Below are positions 1 through 8,946 of a stretch of DNA of 64,000 bases, piece by piece. Both the position numbers and the translations under genes were made by a program. This DNA comes from Candidatus Doudnabacteria bacterium (GTDB lineage Bacteria; Patescibacteriota; JAQUNI01). Where the stretch lies: the NCBI GenBank assembly GCA_041644975.1, contig JBAZQX010000002.1, positions 84,603-148,602 on the forward strand, written 5' to 3'. The number at the start of each line of letters is the position of its first letter. Position 1 is the stretch's first letter. The notes beneath the pieces were generated by a model. It made no database searches. It had not been told where the DNA came from and saw only the letters and a list, made by a program, of their open reading frames with translations.

Positions 1-117
1 TTTGTGAAAAAGTAAGCGACAAGATGACAAAGAATGCGTGTTATAGGGAGTATGCAATTAACCTTTCTGATAAATAAATTTTATTGTATAATAGCATAAA
101 GGATTAAACAAAATCAG

Positions 118-873
118 ATGTCCAAATTAAAAATATTTATTCTAATCTTCGTAGTTGTTGCTTTTGTTTTTGGTATTTATAAATCGGGTTTAATTTCTAA
201 AGTAACAAAAAAAGAAACTGGAGAGAAAATTGGTACTTTTATCTCTGAGGATAGGAATTTTTCAGTCCCATCTGTTTACCATATTGTCAATGTTCCTTAT
301 TATAGTGAAAAGAATTGGTGTTGGGGGTCAAGTACCTTGATGCTTTTAATGGAAAGAGGGTTTACGGAAAAGGAAATCCAAAACGCTCGGGCTGTTATTA
401 AAAATGAGGGTCGTGGAGGACCACCTGATATGTTTATCGCTTTTCAAAAGTATGGGTTGGTTGATAAAGTTCGTATCGCCTATTCAAAAAAATATGTAAA
501 AGAATATGCAGATTTTTACAACAGCCAACTCTTAGTTAATCCAGCAGAACAGACCATGCTTTTTGATAATCAGGATGAGGCATTTAATTATCTAAAATTC
601 TTGATTTCTTCAGATGTGTTGGTGATGATAGTTGTCCATAATGGCAACCATTTTGTTATTGCCACAGGTTATGATGATAACTATGTTTATACCAATGATC
701 CTGGTTGGGATAATGGCTATGATTATAAAATTGATTCGGATCTCGAATTAAAGCAAAGAAGAATTGCCGTGGATGATTTCTTGGAAGAGTGGAGTATTGG
801 AGGCCAAGCAGAAGAAATTGGAGAAATGATTGGCTTTCCCGGTGATTATGGAATGATTTGGCTGGAGAATTAA
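118..873 (+). CDS. C39-like papain-fold cysteine peptidase domain protein, N-terminal TM/signal anchor
   Basis: 251-aa ORF. Hydrophobic N-terminus. Cys motif NWCWGSS and downstream His in HNGNHFVIATGYDDN resemble the Peptidase_C39-like (BtrH-type) catalytic dyad. A-rich leader before the ATG. Confidence 0.6.
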   Translation: MSKLKIFILIFVVVAFVFGIYKSGLISKVTKKETGEKIGTFISEDRNFSVPSVYHIVNVPYYSEKNWCWGSSTLMLLMERGFTEKEIQNARAVIKNEGRGGPPDMFIAFQKYGLVDKVRIAYSKKYVKEYADFYNSQLLVNPAEQTMLFDNQDEAFNYLKFLISSDVLVMIVVHNGNHFVIATGYDDNYVYTNDPGWDNGYDYKIDSDLELKQRRIAVDDFLEEWSIGGQAEEIGEMIGFPGDYGMIWLEN

Positions 874-891
874 GAAGGTTAAATAAGAAAA

Positions 892-1260
892 TTGTGTGAG
901 AGGGGGGATTTGATAGTTAAAAATAGCTTCTTTATTGGAGAAATAGGGGTCGACTCTATTTTTTTTAAGATTTATCGCTTTAGCGATGGGCAGGCCATTG
1001 AGCCGGACTTTGTGTTGTTTTTAAAAGAAAAAGGAGGCAAAAAAACTTTATCATACCAGCTTTTTGTTGAGCCGAAAGGCAACAGGGGTTTGATTGAGGA
1101 TAAATGGAAGGAAGACTTTTTAAAGGAAATAGAAGCGCAGTTTAGGATTGAAACCTTATTTGAGAAAGGTAAATACAAAATTATTGGTCTTCCTTTCTAT
1201 AATGAACAGAACACTAAACAGGAGTTTAGTAATACATTTAAGGAAAAATTAGCTTTATAA
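892..1260 (+). CDS. hypothetical protein (TTG start in the ORF track; start uncertain)
   Basis: 122-aa ORF immediately downstream of the peptidase gene on the same strand. No recognisable motif. Confidence 0.3.
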   Translation: MCERGDLIVKNSFFIGEIGVDSIFFKIYRFSDGQAIEPDFVLFLKEKGGKKTLSYQLFVEPKGNRGLIEDKWKEDFLKEIEAQFRIETLFEKGKYKIIGLPFYNEQNTKQEFSNTFKEKLAL

Positions 1261-1276
1261 TCAATAATTTACTCAA

Positions 1277-1528
1277 ATGAATTTAAAGGAATTTATATCT
1301 AAAACAATTAATGACATAGTAGAAGGGGTGGAAGAAGCGTCGGAAAAATTAAAGGGAAAAAATAAAGAGATTGGGATATATTCTGCAGGTAGTTCTGACC
1401 AGCGACATATTGAGTTTGATGTCGCGGTCACAGTGGATAATAAGAATAAAAATGAGAAAAGTGGAGGTGGTGGAATTAGGGTATTGAGCATAGTTCAGGT
1501 AAGTGGAGGTCTTCAAGCAAAAAAATAA
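1277..1528 (+). CDS. hypothetical small protein
   Basis: 83-aa ORF with a 16-bp gap after the previous ORF. Gly-rich C-terminus (SGGGGIRV...SGGLQAKK). Confidence 0.35.
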   Translation: MNLKEFISKTINDIVEGVEEASEKLKGKNKEIGIYSAGSSDQRHIEFDVAVTVDNKNKNEKSGGGGIRVLSIVQVSGGLQAKK

Positions 1529-1687
1529 CTGAGTCATCCGATTCAACAGTTAGTAGAATTAAATTTGGTCTCAGAATTAAAGATATAAAAAGAAAATAAA
1601 TTATTCGCTATTGACTGTGTTTTTTGCAAATATGGGTGGGCGGTAAATAAACGCGCAAAAAATTAAAGAATAATAAATAATGAATGT

Positions 1688-1826
1688 TGGGGTGATGGAA
1701 CAAAATTTGACAGATTAAGTTTGTTGAAAAATCATTTTTTGAAAACAAGTGTTTTCTTGCATAATTTTTATTTTTTTATTGATTTATAGATTTGGATCAG
1801 TTCGGAAAATAGGTAATCTGCGGAGC
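1688..1826 (+). repeat. intergenic repeat family A, copy 1 (with short B-like leader)
   Basis: gaaaacaagtgttttcttgcataat...ttgatttatagattt...aataggtaa(t/c)c(t/c)gcggagc. Near-identical to copies at 5405 and 8810. Lies 170 bp upstream of the 1994 gene. Confidence 0.75.
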
Positions 1827-1993
1827 CATTCGACGGGCTCGGGGTCTCAAAAAGGTACCTGACACCTTTTCTTTTCTCTGGCGGCGGCGGTTGTTATTTT
1901 GCCGGTTTTTAATTTTTTGACAATAAAAATATTAAGGAGTAGGCTGATGGTAAACAAGGGGGGTTATTATTAATAATTAAATTAAATAAAAAT

Positions 1994-4900
1994 ATGAAAA
2001 AATATACATCGTTTGTGTTAGTCGTTTTTTCTGTGGTATTTGTCTCTATGTTTGCAAGGGGGGCCTCTGCTTTTACCGGAGGCGACGGTTCTTCTGGAAA
2101 CCCTTATCAAATAACTAATTGCGTTCAGTTGCAAGAGATGAACAATAACTTGACTGCAAATTATGTTTTAATAAATGATATTGATTGTTCTGATACTGTT
2201 AACTGGAATTCTGGAGCCGGACTTGCGCCTATCGGAACACCGGCCTCCCCATTTACAGGAACTTTTGATGGACAAGAGCATAAAATAACTGGCTTGTTCA
2301 TAAACAGGCCTTCTACTAATTATGTTGGTTTGTTTGGCAAGAATTCTGGTACAATACAAAATGTTGGTTTAGTAGATGTTGACATAACTGGTAATGATTA
2401 TGTGGGAGGACTAAGGGGTTATAATGAAGGAGCCATAACAAACTCCTATGCAACTGGAAGAGTAAGTGGCAGATATTATGTAGGAGGATTAGTTGGTGTA
2501 AATGTGGGAGCTATAACAAACTCCTATGCAACTGGAAGAGTAAGTGGTGGTGCTTATTTAGGAGGATTAGTTGGTTGGAGTAATGTAGCTATAACAAACT
2601 CCTATGCAACTGGAAATGTAACTGGTGGTGATTATTTAGGAGGATTAGTTGGTTTTAATGGGGGAGTAGGAGCCATAACAAACTCCTATGCAATTGGAAA
2701 TGTAAGTGGTACTAATGGTAATGTAGGAGGATTAGTTGGTTTTAATTATGCAGGAGCCATAACAAACTCCTATGCAACTGGAAGAGTAAGTGGTGGTGCT
2801 TATGTGGGAGGGTTAGTTGGTTGGAGTTATTATTATAGAGGAACCATAACAAATTCTTATTGGGATACAGAAACATCTGGTCAGCCTACGAGTGCGGGTG
2901 GAACAGGAAAAACAACAGCAGGAATGAAACAACAATCCACTTTTGTGGGTTGGGATTTTGCTACTATATGGGCGATTAAGGAAGGAGTTAGTTATCCTTA
3001 TTTCTCATGGCAAATTCCTCCTGTCGTAGATTCAGACGGCGATGGTTATTCTTCAGCCGTGGATTGTAATGACAACAATCCCAATATTCATCCGGGTGCA
3101 ACAGAGGTCTGTGATGGTGTGGATAATGATTGTGATGGTGCGATTGATGAGGGTTTAGTAGGACCTTATACTCCTAATCAGATGGGTGTTTGTGCAGGTT
3201 CGAATATGAGTTGTGCAGGTGTAAATGGTTGGGTTGTAACATATCCTTCAAATTATGAGCCTACAGAAGTATCATGTGATGGTAAGGATAATGATTGTGA
3301 TGGAACAATTGACGAATTTTGTGATACAACGCCACCTGTCGCCCCCGATGCTCCGGACCTGCAAGCAGCCAGCGATACGGGCTCTTCCGATACCGATAAC
3401 ATTACCAACGACAATACTCCCTCCTTTGACATCACCGGACTTGAATCCAACAGCACGGTGACTGTTTACGATGGCAGTAATATCTTGGGAACAATGGTTA
3501 TCCCGGGCGGCTACACTTTTGGAACCTTTACACCCGCAAGCCCGATGAATGAAGGTATATACGTCATTACGGCTACCCAGACAGATGCGGCTGGCAATGT
3601 CGGCCCGATATCACCGGCAATGGTGCCCAATTTGCTTATTGATACAACCCCGCCTGTAATTGCTGCCCACGCTGACGTTACCGTTGAAGCCACTTCTCCA
3701 GCCGGTGCAGTTGTTACTTATGAATTGCCAACCGCTACTGACAACTATGATACTAACGTGGTAGTGACATGTACTCCAGTTTCTGGTTCAACATTCCCAC
3801 TAGGCGATACCACCGTGACCTGTACCGCAACAGATTTGGCAGGCAATAATACTATCCTGGCCACCAGGACTGTACATGTTAATGTTACCGTTGAGGCCGC
3901 TTGTTCGGCCGGAGCAGTTGTTACTTATGAATTGCCAACCGCAACCGATAATAATGGTGCAAGTGTTATTATGACCTGCACTTTTCCTCCAGGTTCAACA
4001 TTCCCACTAGGCGATACCACCGTGACCTGTACCGCAACAGATTCATCAGGCATCGTAATTTCAACCACATTTGTTGTTCATGTTGTAGATTCTACTCCGC
4101 CAGTAATTACTGCTCATGCTGACGTTACCGTTGAGGCCATCTCTGCGGCCGGAGCAGTTGTTACTTATGAATTGCCAACCGCAACCGACAACTATGATGC
4201 TAACGTGGCAGTGACATGCACTCCAGTTTCTGGTTCAATTTTTCCTCTCGGTGATACGACCGTAACCTGCAACGCTCATGATAACGCCGGCAACGTTGCA
4301 ATCCCGACAACGTTCAAGGTTTCAGTACAGGATAAAACCGCGCCGACAATTACAATAATTACACCTGTGTCATATGGACTTTATACAGTTGGAACAGCTC
4401 TTGATTTTTCTGCCACCGATGACCAGAGTGGCATTGCGAGTGTTGTAGGAAATCTGAAAAATACGCTTGACGTATCAAAACAGGTCGCAAGCGGCGATGT
4501 GCCTGAACCGGGTGTTTATACGCTAGTAGTAACTGCCACGGACAATGCCGGCAACATCAAGGTAAGCGATACCGTGAACTTCGTTGTCTATGATCCAAGT
4601 GGTGGGTTTGCCATCGGTGGAGGATGGTTCTATCCGGATGATTCGGAAGGCAGTTTATCTTCTGCGGGCAAGGCCAATTTCGGCTTCAATGCAAAATATA
4701 AAGACTCCAGTTCCACTGGCAACCTTGAATTCCAGTACAAGAGTGGTCCTGACATCAATTTAAAAAGCACCACGATTGACTGGCTGGTCATCAGCGAAAC
4801 AAGCGCTCAATTTCAGGGTACGGGCACCATTAACGGCACCGGACTCTATACTTTCCGAGTAATGGCAAAAGACAATGCTGAACCGGGAATAGGAGCCGAC

Positions 4901-5005
4901 CATTTTGATATAAGAATCTGGGGCGGTACCGATACCAGCGCGGGAATTGTCTACAAAGCAAAGAATACCCTTTCCGGCGGTAATATTGTGGTTCACAAGA
5001 AATAA
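1994..5005 (+). CDS. large secreted surface/adhesin-like protein with GLUG-type Gly-rich repeats, MopE-like Cys/Asp metal-binding motifs and HYR-like Ig-fold repeats
   Basis: 1003-aa ORF with an N-terminal signal peptide. About 8 tandem repeats of ITNSYATG(R/N)VSGG.Y(L/V)GGLVG (GLUG-like). Two CDGxDNDCDG(A/T)IDE motifs. Three repeats of ~100 aa of type PPVI(A/T)AHADVTVEA..AGAVVTYELPTATDN..TFPLGDTTVTCTATD (HYR-like). Confidence 0.85.
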   Translation: MKKYTSFVLVVFSVVFVSMFARGASAFTGGDGSSGNPYQITNCVQLQEMNNNLTANYVLINDIDCSDTVNWNSGAGLAPIGTPASPFTGTFDGQEHKITGLFINRPSTNYVGLFGKNSGTIQNVGLVDVDITGNDYVGGLRGYNEGAITNSYATGRVSGRYYVGGLVGVNVGAITNSYATGRVSGGAYLGGLVGWSNVAITNSYATGNVTGGDYLGGLVGFNGGVGAITNSYAIGNVSGTNGNVGGLVGFNYAGAITNSYATGRVSGGAYVGGLVGWSYYYRGTITNSYWDTETSGQPTSAGGTGKTTAGMKQQSTFVGWDFATIWAIKEGVSYPYFSWQIPPVVDSDGDGYSSAVDCNDNNPNIHPGATEVCDGVDNDCDGAIDEGLVGPYTPNQMGVCAGSNMSCAGVNGWVVTYPSNYEPTEVSCDGKDNDCDGTIDEFCDTTPPVAPDAPDLQAASDTGSSDTDNITNDNTPSFDITGLESNSTVTVYDGSNILGTMVIPGGYTFGTFTPASPMNEGIYVITATQTDAAGNVGPISPAMVPNLLIDTTPPVIAAHADVTVEATSPAGAVVTYELPTATDNYDTNVVVTCTPVSGSTFPLGDTTVTCTATDLAGNNTILATRTVHVNVTVEAACSAGAVVTYELPTATDNNGASVIMTCTFPPGSTFPLGDTTVTCTATDSSGIVISTTFVVHVVDSTPPVITAHADVTVEAISAAGAVVTYELPTATDNYDANVAVTCTPVSGSIFPLGDTTVTCNAHDNAGNVAIPTTFKVSVQDKTAPTITIITPVSYGLYTVGTALDFSATDDQSGIASVVGNLKNTLDVSKQVASGDVPEPGVYTLVVTATDNAGNIKVSDTVNFVVYDPSGGFAIGGGWFYPDDSEGSLSSAGKANFGFNAKYKDSSSTGNLEFQYKSGPDINLKSTTIDWLVISETSAQFQGTGTINGTGLYTFRVMAKDNAEPGIGADHFDIRIWGGTDTSAGIVYKAKNTLSGGNIVVHKK
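2441..2830 (+). repeat. intragenic near-identical DNA tandem repeats (GLUG-like unit, ~70 bp x ~6) within the 1994 gene
   Basis: aacaaactcctatgcaactggaagagtaagtggtgg...ggaggattagttgg recurs at about 2448, 2518, 2588, 2680, 2758. Confidence 0.8.
3640..4290 (+). repeat. intragenic ~240-bp HYR-like repeats (3 copies) with conserved DNA blocks
   Basis: gacgttaccgttgaggcc...gccggagcagttgttacttatgaattgccaaccgc...ccactaggcgataccaccgtgacctgtaccgcaacagat recurs at about 3675, 3885, 4125. Confidence 0.8.
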
Positions 5006-5070
5006 AAAGGGGGAGATGTCCCTCCAGAGGCGGGCAAGCAGGTACCATTAATTTACCCATGACCATTGCA

Positions 5071-5115
5071 ATAGATAAATATAGTAAGTAGCGTGGTGGG
5101 GTAAAAATTGCTATA
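5071..5115 (+). repeat. repeat family B (GC-rich palindromic element), truncated copy
   Basis: atatagtaagtagcgtggtggggtaaaaattgctatactgaag. Retains the ends (atatagtgagtagc ... ggggtggggtaaaat) but lacks the central palindrome. Confidence 0.6.
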
Positions 5116-5123
5116 CTGAAGTT

Positions 5124-5306
5124 ATGAAAAAATATCCTCTGGGCCTATATGTAATTGGTGTTATTATCGTTCTCGTGCTTATAAACTACATCGCGTGGTT
5201 CGTGGGAGGAGAGGCGAAGTTAAAAAGTTTTGAACTACTCTCCGGCGGCTTTTTGTTAGGAATGCTGGCAATGTATATAGCGGTGCATATCTATCGGTGG
5301 AAATAA
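5124..5306 (+). CDS. small hydrophobic membrane protein (hypothetical)
   Basis: 60-aa ORF with two predicted TM segments. It lies inside an intergenic repeat region, so it could be spurious. Confidence 0.3.
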   Translation: MKKYPLGLYVIGVIIVLVLINYIAWFVGGEAKLKSFELLSGGFLLGMLAMYIAVHIYRWK

Positions 5307-5404
5307 GAGACCTTATTGAACACCAAATTGTCTCAAATCCGGCATGTAAATATACTCATTTTGTCGCTGGATAATAGTTCTAACATTGTCCACCTAGGGG
5401 AAGA

Positions 5405-5544
5405 GGTTTTATTAAAAAGTTTCGAAAGGAGTTATACCTATTTGTAAAATATTTTGAAAACAAGTGTTTTCTTGCATAATCTTTATTTTTTCTTTTATTG
5501 ATTTATAGATTTTGATTAGTTTAGAAGATAGGTAACCCGCGGAG
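5405..5544 (+). repeat. intergenic repeat family A, copy 2
   Basis: ttttattaaaaagtttcgaaagg...gaaaacaagtgttttcttgcataatctttatttttt...gatttatagattttgattagtttagaagataggtaacccgcggagc, followed by an A9 tract. 100 bp upstream of the SPFH gene. Confidence 0.8.
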
Positions 5545-5644
5545 CTAAAAAAAAATTGCCATTTGAGCAGTTTTTGGTAGAATGAAATTAGTAGAATAAA
5601 AAAGGTCGAAGGATTTAAAAATTAAATTTTAACAAAATAAAAAT

Positions 5645-6457
5645 ATGGATAATATAAATGTAAGCCAAAGAATAAAAGACATAAAACCAGGAAAAGTTAT
5701 CTCCTGCATAATTATTGGAGTGTTTGTCCTAACGTTTATCCTTAGTGCTTTTGGAACCATAGGAGCGGGTGAGCGAGGAGTGCTTCTTCAGTTTGGAGCA
5801 GTTCAAGATAAAGTATTTAATGAGGGGCTCTATTTTAAAATACCGTTTATTCAGAAAGTAGTGAAAATGGATGTAAAAATTCAAAAAGATGAAATCCCAG
5901 CAAGCGCTTCTTCTAAGGATCTACAGGTAGTAACTTCTAGAATTGCTTTGAATTATCATCTTGATCCAAGCGTAGTAAATAAAATCTGGCAGGAGGTGGG
6001 GAAAAATTACAACACCCGTATCATTGCTCCTTCTATCCAAGAAGGAGTGAAAGCGGTAACGGCAAAATTCACAGCCGAGGAATTGATTACCAAAAGAGAA
6101 GAAGTGAAAGAACAAATCAAAGCAAATCTTACTGACAGATTATTTGAACATGCCATTATAGTTGATGAGTTTAACATTATTGATTTTGAATTTTCGCCAG
6201 CATTTAATGATGCCATTGAATCTAAAGTTAGAGCCGAACAGCTAAAACTTAAAGCTGATAGAGATTTAGAAAGAATAAAAATTGAGAAAGAACAAATGAT
6301 AGCGGCTGCTCAAGGTAAGGCAGAAGCTATCAGAATTGAAGCGCAAGCATTAATGCAGAATCCTAAAGTGGTAGAACTTCGTTGGATAGAAAAGTGGGAT
6401 GGAAAAGTTCCAACTTACTGGGGAGAAGCAAGTCCATTTATCGGAATAAATAAGTAA
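5645..6457 (+). CDS. SPFH/band-7 (prohibitin/HflC-like) family membrane protein
   Basis: 270 aa with N-terminal TM. GERGVLLQFGAV...FKIPFIQKV...DV matches the SPFH domain core. C-terminal coiled-coil region rich in AEQLKLKADRDLERIKIE. Confidence 0.9.
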   Translation: MDNINVSQRIKDIKPGKVISCIIIGVFVLTFILSAFGTIGAGERGVLLQFGAVQDKVFNEGLYFKIPFIQKVVKMDVKIQKDEIPASASSKDLQVVTSRIALNYHLDPSVVNKIWQEVGKNYNTRIIAPSIQEGVKAVTAKFTAEELITKREEVKEQIKANLTDRLFEHAIIVDEFNIIDFEFSPAFNDAIESKVRAEQLKLKADRDLERIKIEKEQMIAAAQGKAEAIRIEAQALMQNPKVVELRWIEKWDGKVPTYWGEASPFIGINK

Positions 6458-6473
6458 AATAATGAATGGATTT

Positions 6474-6517
6474 AAAAAATCGTCTTTTTGGCGATTTTTT
6501 GATAAAATAAAAAAAGA
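6474..6517 (+). terminator. family-C hairpin acting as terminator of the SPFH gene, followed by TGnTAAAAT-like box
   Basis: aaaaaatcgtctttttggcgattttttgataaaataaaaaaag lies 17 nt after the stop at 6457. Stem atcgtc/ggcgat followed by T6. Confidence 0.6.
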
Positions 6518-6520
6518 TAT

Positions 6521-6560
6521 AGTGAGTAGCAGAGTAGGGTATACCCGAAATGTCAGACCA
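6521..6560 (+). repeat. repeat family B, truncated copy
   Basis: atatagtgagtagcagagtagggtatacccg, immediately after the family-C hairpin that terminates the SPFH gene. Confidence 0.55.
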
Positions 6561-6775
6561 GCGCTAATAATTGTCTAACTTGTGCTATAATAACTTCAGG
6601 AACAGGACAAGCTCTCTCCTATTCAAAAGTTCTAAAGCTGTCCTGCCAAGCGAGCTATGAAAAGCTTAAATGATATTCCAAAAGTTTGCAGTGCGTGCGG
6701 CAGTAGAATGCTAATAGTAAGTTGTTAAAGCTATTTTAAAGTTTGCGAATCCTTTCAAAAAGTAGTTCTTATTTC

Positions 6776-6808
6776 GCACGGTCATTCATAAAAGACCGTG
6801 CTTTTTTT
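6776..6808 (+). terminator. rho-independent terminator-like hairpin in an ORF-free region
   Basis: gcacggtc-attcataaaa-gaccgtgc followed by T7. About 320 bp downstream of the nearest + gene stop, which suggests an unannotated small transcript. Confidence 0.6.
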
Positions 6809-6924
6809 GTATTTATTTTTTGATTACTTAAATATATTTAGCATTTGTAAGAGGAAGATTTTCAAATTCTTTCATGATTTTGTACCAATCTATTGTCCTG
6901 AATGTGTCCAATAGGGGGAGCAAA

Positions 6925-6957
6925 TAAAAAATCGCCCGAAAGGCGGTTTTTTGATTA
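6925..6957 (+). repeat. family-C-like hairpin (stand-alone)
   Basis: aaaaaatcgcccgaaaggcggttttttgattag inside the ORF-free 6480-7110 region. Confidence 0.45.
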
Positions 6958-7112
6958 GTATATTTAATGAAATATATTTGACACTTTAATGAGTTATGGA
7001 GAGAATTAAAAGCTGAGTATATATTGTCTTTGCTGTCATTATAAAATAATTAATATTACATTTTCAGAGTTTCCTTCCTCTTTTCGGGTAAAGTATAGAG
7101 TCTTAATGATTT

Positions 7113-7865
7113 ATGATTTTTATTACTAATATTTTAAAATTCGTCGCCATCATAATTGTTTTTTTGTTAGCGCCGATATCATTTTTAATAATTTTTTTAA
7201 TTGCTAATTCAGAATATAGAAAAGAGAAAAATCATAATAAAGATTGTAATATTTTTCATATACTTGATGATTATTTTGAGATAACTAAAAAGCTAATTAA
7301 AAAATTAACTAAGTTAGATTTTTTTGATTGGATCAACCTTATTTTGTTTCTCTCGGGAATAATATTGATGGCATCATTCAGGTATTTTTATAAAATATCA
7401 TATGAGCAGTTATTGACAGTCATTATTTTATGGTTTACAGGGATTGCTATTTTACAATACACCAAAGAAACATACTGGTTAAGACAATTACAGCAAAAGA
7501 ATTTAAAGTTACAACGAGAGCATTTAAAATTTGAGAGAGCACCTTTCGTTATTATTCATTTCGAGAAGCCAGAAACATTTATATTGAAAAACGTCGGGAA
7601 GGGCGTTGCTCGTAATGTTCGATGGGAGGTTAGAGGCGAAAAATTTATATATCCAAGAAAGACCGTAATTTCTCCAAATGAAGGATCAACATGGATTCAA
7701 AATGAGGGTTACAGAAAATTTAATCCAGCAGAAAGTAATAAACCGTATGAGATCATAATTGTTTATGAAGATTTAAGCGGGATTAAATATTATACTAGAC
7801 TAAAGTCTGGTGAAACGGTTGATGACTATGAAGTTTTAAACTATTCTGAATATTTTGAAAATTGA
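7113..7865 (+). CDS. hypothetical membrane protein
   Basis: 250-aa ORF with 3-4 N-terminal TM helices followed by a soluble C-terminal domain. No recognisable motif. Confidence 0.5.
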   Translation: MIFITNILKFVAIIIVFLLAPISFLIIFLIANSEYRKEKNHNKDCNIFHILDDYFEITKKLIKKLTKLDFFDWINLILFLSGIILMASFRYFYKISYEQLLTVIILWFTGIAILQYTKETYWLRQLQQKNLKLQREHLKFERAPFVIIHFEKPETFILKNVGKGVARNVRWEVRGEKFIYPRKTVISPNEGSTWIQNEGYRKFNPAESNKPYEIIIVYEDLSGIKYYTRLKSGETVDDYEVLNYSEYFEN

Positions 7866-7888
7866 ACCTAACAAATCAGCAAATTTAA

Positions 7889-8075
7889 GGTAAGGTCTTG
7901 AATCGTGAATCCCCGTTCCTTTTTTATTGTAGAATATATAGTGAGCCACGGGGTGGGGTAAAATTTGATAAACTAAGATTGCTGTTTTAAAACAGTAATG
8001 TAAATATATTCATTTTGTTGCCTAATAATGGTTCTAACCCTTCGGCAAGCTCAGGGCAAGCTATTATTTACGATG
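7889..8075 (+). repeat. composite repeat: terminator-like hairpin + family B (short form) + downstream conserved tail (gtaaatatattcattttgttgcctaataatggttctaaccc ttcggcaag...)
   Basis: ggtaaggtcttgaatcgtgaatcccc-tttttt-attgtagaatatatagtgagccacggggtggggtaaaatttgataaactaagattgc... The tail segment recurs at 5335-5400, 15150-15330 and 17895-17945. Confidence 0.7.
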
Positions 8076-8225
8076 TGGAGCAAATTAAAATAACTGCTTA
8101 TCGATGCGGTTATTTTTTTGATATCCAGAATTGGATTTAAACTCTTTAATTTCTTCGATTTAAATAACCTGCTATAATAAAAATATCCCCCAAGCAAGCT
8201 ATAGTTGGGTAATTGATTAATTATT

Positions 8226-8729
8226 ATGAATAAGCATTTAAAAGTTAAATCTTTCCAAGAAACTTTAAATGCCGGCATGTGCGGGCCGGCTTCTTTGAAA
8301 ATTTTGCTATCTTACTACGGGATTAAAAGGGACGAAAAAGAGTTGGCAGATTTATGCGGAACAAAAAAGGGTTTAGGCACTGATGATCAAGGGATAAAGA
8401 GAGTAGCCGAAAGTTTAGGATTCAAGGTAAAAATAAAAAACAACAGCAGTTTTAAGGATATAGAAAGATGGCTAGATAAAGATGTGCCTATTATTGTAAA
8501 TTGGTTTACTCGTGGAAGAGCGGATTATACGGACGCAGATGTTCCAGATGGCCATTATTCAGTGGTTTGCGGAATTGATGATCAATCTATTTATTTACAG
8601 GATCCGGAAATAGGCAGGATCCGAAAAATCAAAAAAAATGATTTTAAACGAGTATGGTTCGACTTCTCCGGCGAACTGATCAAACCCAATGAGCTCATTA
8701 TTATGCAGATGATTGCTATATATAAATAG
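8226..8729 (+). CDS. stand-alone C39-like cysteine peptidase domain protein
   Basis: 167 aa. CGPASLKILLSYYG (Cys in the Q/C-box-like context) and GHYSVVCGIDD (His) follow the typical peptidase C39 domain layout. No ABC transporter is attached. Confidence 0.7.
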   Translation: MNKHLKVKSFQETLNAGMCGPASLKILLSYYGIKRDEKELADLCGTKKGLGTDDQGIKRVAESLGFKVKIKNNSSFKDIERWLDKDVPIIVNWFTRGRADYTDADVPDGHYSVVCGIDDQSIYLQDPEIGRIRKIKKNDFKRVWFDFSGELIKPNELIIMQMIAIYK

Positions 8730-8815
8730 GGAGTAGCGGGTCACGTCGTTCGCGAACGACGTGGCGGGGTGGGGTAAAACCTAATAGATTAGGCTCGTCG
8801 AGAGTGGATTTTTTT
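8725..8815 (+). repeat. repeat family B, copy with 11-bp-stem palindrome
   Basis: agtagcgggtcacgtcgttcgcgaacgacgtggcggggtggggtaaaacctaatagattagg. Palindrome cacgtcgttcgcgaacgacgtg. Overlaps the stop of the 8226 gene. Confidence 0.8.
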
Positions 8816-8936
8816 TAAAAAGTTTCAAAAGGTTGTAAAATATTTTGATAACAAGCGATTTTTTGCATAATCTTTATCTTTTCTTTGATTGATTGATAGA
8901 TTTTGATTAGTTTAGAAGATAGGTAACCCGCGGAGC
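8810..8936 (+). repeat. intergenic repeat family A, copy 3
   Basis: ttttttaaaaagtttcaaaagg...gataacaagcgattttttgcataatctttatctttt...gattgatagattttgattagtttagaagataggtaacccgcggagc. Directly follows a family-B copy. About 215 bp upstream of the 9153 gene. Confidence 0.8.
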
Positions 8937-8946
8937 CAGAATTCCA

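Noticed and set aside
3640-4290. Near-identical HYR repeat blocks with interspersed variable positions considered as diversity-generating retroelement VR/TR pair.
   Set aside because: No reverse transcriptase or accessory gene is in the window, and differences between repeats are not confined to adenine-templated positions.
6550-6760. Searched intergenic regions (6.5-7.1 kb, 8.0-8.2 kb, 15.1-15.5 kb, 23.5-24.8 kb) for tRNA-like cloverleafs (GTTCRANYC T-loop, 7-bp acceptor stems).
   Set aside because: No segment showed a convincing acceptor/T-arm combination by eye. tRNAscan-SE should be run to confirm absence.
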